Part shown: piece by piece, positions 58,288 to 64,000 of the stretch
Layout: each line of letters opens with the position of its first letter
Position numbering within the stretch: the first letter of the stretch is position 1
From: an uncultured Chloroflexia bacterium
GTDB lineage: Bacteria > Chloroflexota > Limnocylindria > Limnocylindrales > CSP1-4
Reading direction: 5' to 3'
Length of the DNA stretch: 64,000 nucleotides
Assembly (NCBI GenBank): GCA_963713975.1
Contig: OY970218.1
Span: forward strand, 1,056,001 to 1,120,000
Notes under the pieces: generated by a model
Told to the model about the DNA's origin: nothing
Seen by the model: only the letters and a program-made list of their open reading frames with translations
The model's database searches: none
Position numbers and translations under genes: made by a program

Positions 58288-58949
58288 CAGCTCGTGCGCC
58301 CCCCGAAGCCGAGGGAGGTGTCCAGCGCAGCCACGAAGGCGCTCTCGCCGGCCCGGTGTGCCTCACCCGCCGCGGCGATCGGCGTCATCGCGGGCGGCTC
58401 GAACCGGAGGTGGCCGTAGGAGGAGGCGGTGCCGTAGATCATGGCGTACCAGGCCCCGGTGATCCGCGAGATGTGCCTGAGCGCGGCCACGGGCAGGTAG
58501 CCGTACACCGCCTGCGTCTCCTCGAGGATGGCCAGCAGCAGCTTCGGGTCGTAGTCGCGGGCCTCGAGGATGGCGTCCAGCGGCGCCAGGTCGATCTGGT
58601 CGAACCGTGCGTAGGCCGGGTCGGCGACCGGTCGGCCGGATCGCCGGAGCGCGGACTCCTCGCGCCGCTCGCCGTACGTCTCCGAGGGACCCCAGTGCAC
58701 GTGGAAGCGCCCCTTGGTGTCCACGCCGCCCATGTCGATGCACTCGATGGGGCACGCCTGGGCGCACTGGAAGCACGTCTCGCACTTGAGCGTGCCGTAC
58801 TCGTCGTAGAGGAGCTGCAGGCGGCCCCGGAACTTGGGTGCCACGTCGGCGCGCTGCTCCGGCCACATGATCGTGGCCTTGGGCTGGAAGAACCGGCGCA
58901 GGGTGAGACCCATGCCGCGGACCAGACCGATGCCGGGGATGAAACTCAT
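58287..58949 (-). CDS. Fusion of the N-terminal half of NuoI with the N-terminal helical domain of NuoE
   Basis: GMGLTLRRFF..ATIMWPE...FRGR...KCETCFQCAQACP (one ferredoxin motif), then LLAILEETQAVYGYLP...YGTASSY..LRFEP with no [2Fe-2S] Cys. Confidence 0.8.
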   Translation of the reverse strand: MSFIPGIGLVRGMGLTLRRFFQPKATIMWPEQRADVAPKFRGRLQLLYDEYGTLKCETCFQCAQACPIECIDMGGVDTKGRFHVHWGPSETYGERREESALRRSGRPVADPAYARFDQIDLAPLDAILEARDYDPKLLLAILEETQAVYGYLPVAALRHISRITGAWYAMIYGTASSYGHLRFEPPAMTPIAAAGEAHRAGESAFVAALDTSLGFGGRTS

Positions 58950-58956
58950 AGGACGC

Positions 58957-60300
58957 TCACAGGCTCCTCACGACGACGATCGCCGTGGCGGTGATGAACA
59001 GGTTGAGCAGCGCGGCGGGCAGCAGCCACTTCCAGGCGAAGCCCATCAACTGGTCGATGCGCACCCGGGGGAAGGTGCCCCGCATCCACACGAAGATGAA
59101 CACGAAGGTGAAAGACTTGAGCATGAACCAGGCGATGCCCGAGACCCAGTCCCAGCCGATGTAGGCGAGGCCGAGCAGCGCGCCCATGGCCACGAGGTTG
59201 AATGTGAGGAACCCGAGGACCAGCGCCTGCCAGCCGGGGCTCTTGGTCCGCACGAGGTAGAAGGGCATCGCGAACAGCAGGGTCAGGGCGACCGGTGCCG
59301 CTGCCGCCAGGATCAGGAGGCCGATGCCGAGGCTGCCCGGATCGAGCGCCAGCGTGATGTCCGGGAACGGGAACGGCGCGTTCCAGGCCCCGAAGAACAG
59401 GGTCACCATCAACGCCGAGACGATGAACACGTTCACGTACTCGGCGAAGAACAGGAACCCGAAGCGCATCCCCGAGTACTCGGTGGCGAAGCCGGCCACG
59501 ATCTCCGAGTCGGCCTCGGTCAGGTCGAATGGCGTACGGTTGGCCTCGGCGGTGGCGGCGATGAAGAAGATCAACGCCCCCAGCGGCTGACGGAACACGA
59601 ACCAGTTCGTGAACCAGCCCCCCTGCTGCTCGGCGATCCCGTTGAGGCTCATCGTCCCGGCAAGCAGGATCAGGCCGACCACGGACAGCGTCAGCGGGAG
59701 CTCGTAGGAGATGGCTTGGGCCGCGGAGCGGAGGCCACCGAGGAGCGAGTACTTGTTGAAGCTGGACCAGCCCGCGAGCAGCAGGCCGACCACCGTCATG
59801 CCGCCGACCGCGAACAGGTACAGCAGCCCGATGTTGAAGTCCTGGCCCACCAGCCCGGGCCCGAACGGGATGACCAGGAAGGTCATCACCGCGGTCAGGA
59901 AGACGAGCACCGGCGCCCAGGTGAACACCAGACGGTCTGCGTTGGTCGGGGTGAAGTCCTCCTTGGTCAGCACCTTCAGTCCCGCCACCAGCGAGTGGAG
60001 GGCGCCTGCGGGTCCCACCCGGTTGGGCCCGACCCGCAGGTTCATATAGGCGATGACCTTGAGCTCCATGTAGATGATGATGAACGCGGCCGGGATGCTG
60101 AACAGCAGGATCGCCGTGATCGCCACCACGAACCGGACGATGCCCAGGTTCGAGCTCAGGACCTCCACGAGCCACGGGACCAGGTAGACCGCACCCAGGA
60201 TCGTCACGATCGGCCCGACGACGAGGATCAGGAACAGCAGCGGCAGGATGATCTTGCCGGCCGTGCTCAGGCCGCCCCGAGGCTGGTTGAGGGTCGTCAT
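58957..60300 (-). CDS. nuoH: NADH-quinone oxidoreductase subunit H
   Basis: RVGPNRVG, KYSLLGGLR, ISYE, NRTPFDL.EA.SE and RIDQLM motifs. Confidence 0.96.
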   Translation of the reverse strand: MTTLNQPRGGLSTAGKIILPLLFLILVVGPIVTILGAVYLVPWLVEVLSSNLGIVRFVVAITAILLFSIPAAFIIIYMELKVIAYMNLRVGPNRVGPAGALHSLVAGLKVLTKEDFTPTNADRLVFTWAPVLVFLTAVMTFLVIPFGPGLVGQDFNIGLLYLFAVGGMTVVGLLLAGWSSFNKYSLLGGLRSAAQAISYELPLTLSVVGLILLAGTMSLNGIAEQQGGWFTNWFVFRQPLGALIFFIAATAEANRTPFDLTEADSEIVAGFATEYSGMRFGFLFFAEYVNVFIVSALMVTLFFGAWNAPFPFPDITLALDPGSLGIGLLILAAAAPVALTLLFAMPFYLVRTKSPGWQALVLGFLTFNLVAMGALLGLAYIGWDWVSGIAWFMLKSFTFVFIFVWMRGTFPRVRIDQLMGFAWKWLLPAALLNLFITATAIVVVRSL

Positions 60301-60310
60301 CGGATCGCCG

Positions 60311-61543
60311 TCACTTGTCGATCCCGCCCATGACCGGATCGATGGACGCCATGACGGCCATCGTGTCCGCGATCAGGTTGCCCTTCATGAGCAGCCCGAC
60401 CAGCTGCATGTTCACGAAGGACGGGTCGTGGATCTTCATCCGGAAGGGCTGGTCCGTTCCGTCCGAGATGGCGTACGTGCCATAGAGGCCGCGCGGCGCC
60501 TCCACGGCCGCCCACGCCCGGCCCGGCCGCGGGCGGAGCAGGCGCGGGAGCCGCGCCATGATCGGGCCGTCCGGCATCTCGTGGAGGCACTGGTCGATGA
60601 TCCGCAGGCTCTGCTTCACCTCGTCGAGGCGGAGCAGGTAGCGGTCGAGCGAGTCGCCGCCACCGGGGGTGTTGCGGACCGGGATGTCGAAGTCCAGCTC
60701 CGGGTAGACGGAGTAGGGATGCGCACGGCGGACGTCGAAGGGCACGCCCGAGGCGCGCAGGTTCGGTCCTGTGACCGCCATCCGGAGGGCCGTGTCGGCG
60801 TCCAGCTTGCCGATGTCGCGCATCCGGCGGACGAAGATCTCGTTCTCGTTGAGCAGCCCGATGTTGGCCTCGTGCTGCTTCGCGGCTCGGCTCATCCAGT
60901 CGCCAAGGCGGGACATGAACTCGTGGTTGAGGTCGCCGTTCACGCCGCCGATGCGGAAGTAGTTGAACAGCATCCGCTGGCCGGTGATGGCGGCCAGCAT
61001 CTCCACGATCTCGTCACGCTCGATGAAGCTGTACAGGATCGGGGTCAGGCCGCCGAGGTCCAGCGCCATCCAGCCCTGGTACAGGGCGTGGCTGGAGACA
61101 CGCAGGAGCTCGCCGGTGAGCACCCGGATGTACTCCGCGCGGCGCGGCACCTCCACGTCCAGGAGCTTCTCGAACGCCATCACGGGCGCCCACTCCATGA
61201 ACAGCGAGCTCACGTACTCGAGCGGGTCCACCTGGCTGATGATGTGGTGGTAGTCCGAGTTCTCGCACAGCTTCTCCACCCCGCGGTGGAGATAGCCGAG
61301 GACCGGGTCCAGGTCGACGACCTGCTCGCCGTTGATCTTCAGGACGACGCGCAGCACGCCGTGGGTCGACGGGTGCTGGGGTCCCATGTTGAGGAACATC
61401 TCGCCGTCGCGCAGGCTGTAGAACTCGGCCTCGCGCTCGGTGCGGGGCGGGTACGGCGGGACGGCCTCGAACGCACCGATCTGGTTGTCGAGCATGATCC
61501 GGGGATCGTCCTCGGACGGGTGCTGGCCGGTGGGCGCGGTCAT
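60311..61543 (-). CDS. nuoD: NADH-quinone oxidoreductase subunit D
   Basis: NMGPQHPSTHGVLR, GYLHRGVEK, EAPRG and DPVMG motifs. Confidence 0.96.
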   Translation of the reverse strand: MTAPTGQHPSEDDPRIMLDNQIGAFEAVPPYPPRTEREAEFYSLRDGEMFLNMGPQHPSTHGVLRVVLKINGEQVVDLDPVLGYLHRGVEKLCENSDYHHIISQVDPLEYVSSLFMEWAPVMAFEKLLDVEVPRRAEYIRVLTGELLRVSSHALYQGWMALDLGGLTPILYSFIERDEIVEMLAAITGQRMLFNYFRIGGVNGDLNHEFMSRLGDWMSRAAKQHEANIGLLNENEIFVRRMRDIGKLDADTALRMAVTGPNLRASGVPFDVRRAHPYSVYPELDFDIPVRNTPGGGDSLDRYLLRLDEVKQSLRIIDQCLHEMPDGPIMARLPRLLRPRPGRAWAAVEAPRGLYGTYAISDGTDQPFRMKIHDPSFVNMQLVGLLMKGNLIADTMAVMASIDPVMGGIDK

Positions 61544-61546
61544 CGG

Positions 61547-62095
61547 TCAGGCCTTCACGGTGCGGCGAACCACGAGCTCGGGCGCCTGGGCCGGCGGGTG
61601 GGGCTGCTCCATGTGGCGGACACCACCGCCCGGGGAGCGCGCCGCATCGTCCGGCAGGTAGAAGTCCTTGCGCAGCGGGAAGCTGGTGTAATCGGGGGGC
61701 ATGTAGATCCGCCGCAGGTCGCGGTTGCCCTCGAAGATGATCCCGAACATGTCGTACGTCTCGCGCTCCATCCACTCCGCGCCGGGCCACAGCCCGGTCA
61801 GGGTGGGGATGCGCGGGTTGTCGCGGGGCAGGCCGTCTGCGATCACGCGCAGCCAGTCCGTCGTGGTCGCCGACCACAGGTGGTAGGTGACCTGCATGTG
61901 GGCCCCGGTGTCCACGCCGGCGAGATCCGCGAGGACCCCGAAGGCCAGCTCTGGCTCGTCATGGAGCGCGGTCATCACCTCTGTCAGGCTCGCCGGGCCG
62001 ATCCGGATCTCGGTCTCGTCGTGGCGCTGCCGGACCGGTCCCGTCAGGTGATCCGCGAACCGGCCCTCGAGGAGCTTGCGCAGCTGGCGATCCAT
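61547..62095 (-). CDS. nuoC: NADH-quinone oxidoreductase subunit C
   Basis: AEWMERETYDMFGI.F.G..DLRRI and PLRKDF motifs. Confidence 0.94.
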   Translation of the reverse strand: MDRQLRKLLEGRFADHLTGPVRQRHDETEIRIGPASLTEVMTALHDEPELAFGVLADLAGVDTGAHMQVTYHLWSATTTDWLRVIADGLPRDNPRIPTLTGLWPGAEWMERETYDMFGIIFEGNRDLRRIYMPPDYTSFPLRKDFYLPDDAARSPGGGVRHMEQPHPPAQAPELVVRRTVKA

Positions 62096-62097
62096 GG

Positions 62098-62841
62098 CTA
62101 GACGTCCCGCGGGACGTTGGGCCCGATGGGATGATCCGGCCAGTGGCCCCGCCGCTCCTTGACGAGCTGGCCCAGCTTCATCATCCCGTAGATCAGGCCC
62201 TCGGGGCGGGGCGGGCAGCCGGGGACGTACACGTCGACCGGCATCAGGCGGTCGATGCCCTCGATGGTGGAGTAGCTGCGCTTGTAGCGGCCGCCCGAGC
62301 ATGTGCAGTCGCCCATCGCGACGCACCACTTGGGCTCCGGCATCTGCTCCCACAGCCGGACGAGCGGGCCGGCCATCTTGGTGGTGAGCGTGCCGGCGAC
62401 GATCAGCACGTCCGCCTGGCGGGGGCTCGCACGGAACGGGAACATGCCCCAGCGATCCATGTCGTTCTTGGACGTGGCCGCGGACATCATCTCGATGGCG
62501 CAGCAGGCCAGGCCCGACAGGAGCGGCCACAGGCTGTTCATCCGGATCAGGTCGACGAGCAGGTCCGCCTTGGTGGGGATCACCTCCAGCGCGCCCCAGC
62601 GTGCCGTGTCCGACAGGACCAGGTCCGAGCCCTCCAGGTTCCGCAGGTGGGTGAACGCCGGGCTCCCGGAGCGGTACGCGTCCGGGCTGGTGGACGTCCA
62701 CAGCGTGTTGGGCACGACGAGTGGCTGCGCGACATCTCGCGGGGTCGCGGCGACCAGCGCCGATGCGGCGTTCGCGGCGGGGGGAGCGTCCGCCGCGGCG
62801 GCGTCGGGGACGACGGCCTCGCCCGCTTCGTCGGGGGTCAT
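62098..62841 (-). CDS. nuoB: NADH-quinone oxidoreductase subunit B
   Basis: [21 protein letters not shown] and PGCPPRPE motifs. Confidence 0.96.
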   Translation of the reverse strand: MTPDEAGEAVVPDAAAADAPPAANAASALVAATPRDVAQPLVVPNTLWTSTSPDAYRSGSPAFTHLRNLEGSDLVLSDTARWGALEVIPTKADLLVDLIRMNSLWPLLSGLACCAIEMMSAATSKNDMDRWGMFPFRASPRQADVLIVAGTLTTKMAGPLVRLWEQMPEPKWCVAMGDCTCSGGRYKRSYSTIEGIDRLMPVDVYVPGCPPRPEGLIYGMMKLGQLVKERRGHWPDHPIGPNVPRDV

Positions 62842-63200
62842 CGCCACGACAGCACCCCCTTGCGCCATGCGTAGGCAAGGCCGAACAGGAGGATGCCGAC
62901 GAAGACCAGCATGCTCACGAACAGCGTGATCGGATCCGGGGCATCCCTGAAGATCAGGGCCCACAGGAAGATGAAGATCACCTCGATGTCGAAGGCGACG
63001 AACATCAGGGCGTAGATGTAGAACGAGATGCCGAAGCGGGCGTGCGTGTCGCCGTAGGTGTCGATGCCCGACTCGTACGGGTAGCCCTTGTGCTCGTCAC
63101 CACGGGTACGGTGGGAGATCAGCCAGGCCAGGCCGATCGTCCCGAAGACGAACAGGGTGCCGGCGATGACGAACCCGACGACGTACCAGATCCCGGTCAC
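62838..63200 (-). CDS. nuoA: NADH-quinone oxidoreductase subunit A
   Basis: PYESG, FVAFDIE and [10 protein letters not shown] motifs; GAGG RBS before GTG 63200. Confidence 0.94.
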   Translation of the reverse strand: MTGIWYVVGFVIAGTLFVFGTIGLAWLISHRTRGDEHKGYPYESGIDTYGDTHARFGISFYIYALMFVAFDIEVIFIFLWALIFRDAPDPITLFVSMLVFVGILLFGLAYAWRKGVLSWR

Positions 63201-63375
63201 GAGGTCCTCGAGGCCGAACGGGGCCGGAGTCGACGGCCGGCCCTCGATCGTGCGGTTGGGTGGCGATGGCTCCGCCCCGCTGGCGCGCGGCACGGCGCGG
63301 TCATTCTAGCAGCGCGACGGGGACAGGGATCCCCGTCCGGTCGGGCCATCCGGCCCCTTCCCGGCCCGGTTCCGG

Positions 63376-63416
63376 CGTCCTGCGCCTAGCCGTCCTGCGC
63401 CTAGCCGTCCTGTGCC
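63376..63416. repeat. 15-bp tandem repeat (cgtcctgcgcctagc x2 plus a partial copy) spanning the methyltransferase stop codon
   Basis: Read directly at 63376-63390, 63391-63405 and 63406-63416. Confidence 0.9.
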
Positions 63417-64000
63417 CCGCCGGGACGCGCGACGCGTTCGAGCGCGGGCAGCCGGACCGCCTCGGGCAGGCCCCGGCCGAAGGCGAGGACCCGGAACCCG
63501 CCCATCCCGCGCGGGTCGAGCAGGCGGGTGAGCGCCGAGCGGAGGGCAAGGCCGTCCTGGAGCGTGGCGCCGGGTCGACGCAGGTACGACCCCACGAGCT
63601 CTGCGGTGCCGACGCGCGCGAGCAGCTCGGCCTGGGTGGTCTCGCCCAGGGGTCGGAGCCCGACCGCCGCCGCGGAGGCTCGCACTGCTGCCAGGTCGAC
63701 CGTGGCCGTGAGGTCCTGGCGGCCGACATGCCGGAAGGGGTCGCCGCCGACGGCGTGTCGCGCGAACGTCCGGAGCGTGCCGTCGGGGTGGCCGGGCCCG
63801 TGGAGGACGGCGGGCTCCTCGGCGTAGTCGAGCAGCACGACGATGCCTCTGCCGAGGTCGCGGGTCGCGTCCGCGAGCCAGCCGTCGACGCCGACGCAGA
63901 TCTCGGTGACCTGGCCTTCCGCGAGCGAGATCCCCTCGTCCTGTAGCCGGTCCGCGAGCGCGGGCGTCGAGAGGTCACCCTCCACCCATGTGAACCCGCC
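63401..64000 (-). CDS. SAM-dependent methyltransferase, MidA/NDUFAF7 (DUF185) family, 3' part only
   Basis: LLDY, GTLR.F..H, GRQDLTATVD, TQAELL and LLDPRGMGGFRVL motifs. Confidence 0.8.
   Translation of the reverse strand, partial: GGFTWVEGDLSTPALADRLQDEGISLAEGQVTEICVGVDGWLADATRDLGRGIVVLLDYAEEPAVLHGPGHPDGTLRTFARHAVGGDPFRHVGRQDLTATVDLAAVRASAAAVGLRPLGETTQAELLARVGTAELVGSYLRRPGATLQDGLALRSALTRLLDPRGMGGFRVLAFGRGLPEAVRLPALERVARPGGAQDG

Overview
GC-rich bacterial chromosome segment spanning the replication origin. The protein style and gene order suggest Chloroflexota, possibly Limnocylindria-like (inference only). From left to right: (1) the 3' part of tmRNA, then an accessory sulfide/arsenic/metal cluster (type VI-like SQR, arsM/arsR, a second ArsR, a P1B ATPase-hemerythrin fusion, two gene remnants); (2) jag-yidC-yidD-rnpA-rpmH, dnaA, oriC, dnaN-recF-dciA; (3) a degenerate PP2C membrane protein, a rhomboid protease and a DUF151 nuclease; (4) a ~16 kb envelope glycosylation locus with a GT2, three GT-C genes (one a ~1790 aa double-GT-C/PMT fusion) and a mycobacterial-style phosphatidylinositol-mannoside operon (arsR-pgsA-ino1-patA-patA-PHP-pimA); (5) sulfotransferase, MFS, CorA, a Cys-less sortase-fold protein, TlpA, lipoproteins and LepB; (6) a complex I operon. 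The most striking observation is in the complex I operon: nuoI appears split in two, with a NuoE'/NuoF/StnC(GltD)-like input module inserted between and fused to the halves. This would be a candidate NADPH-fed complex I whose N6a/N6b clusters form between two polypeptides. All family assignments come from motif recognition by eye; no database searches were run.
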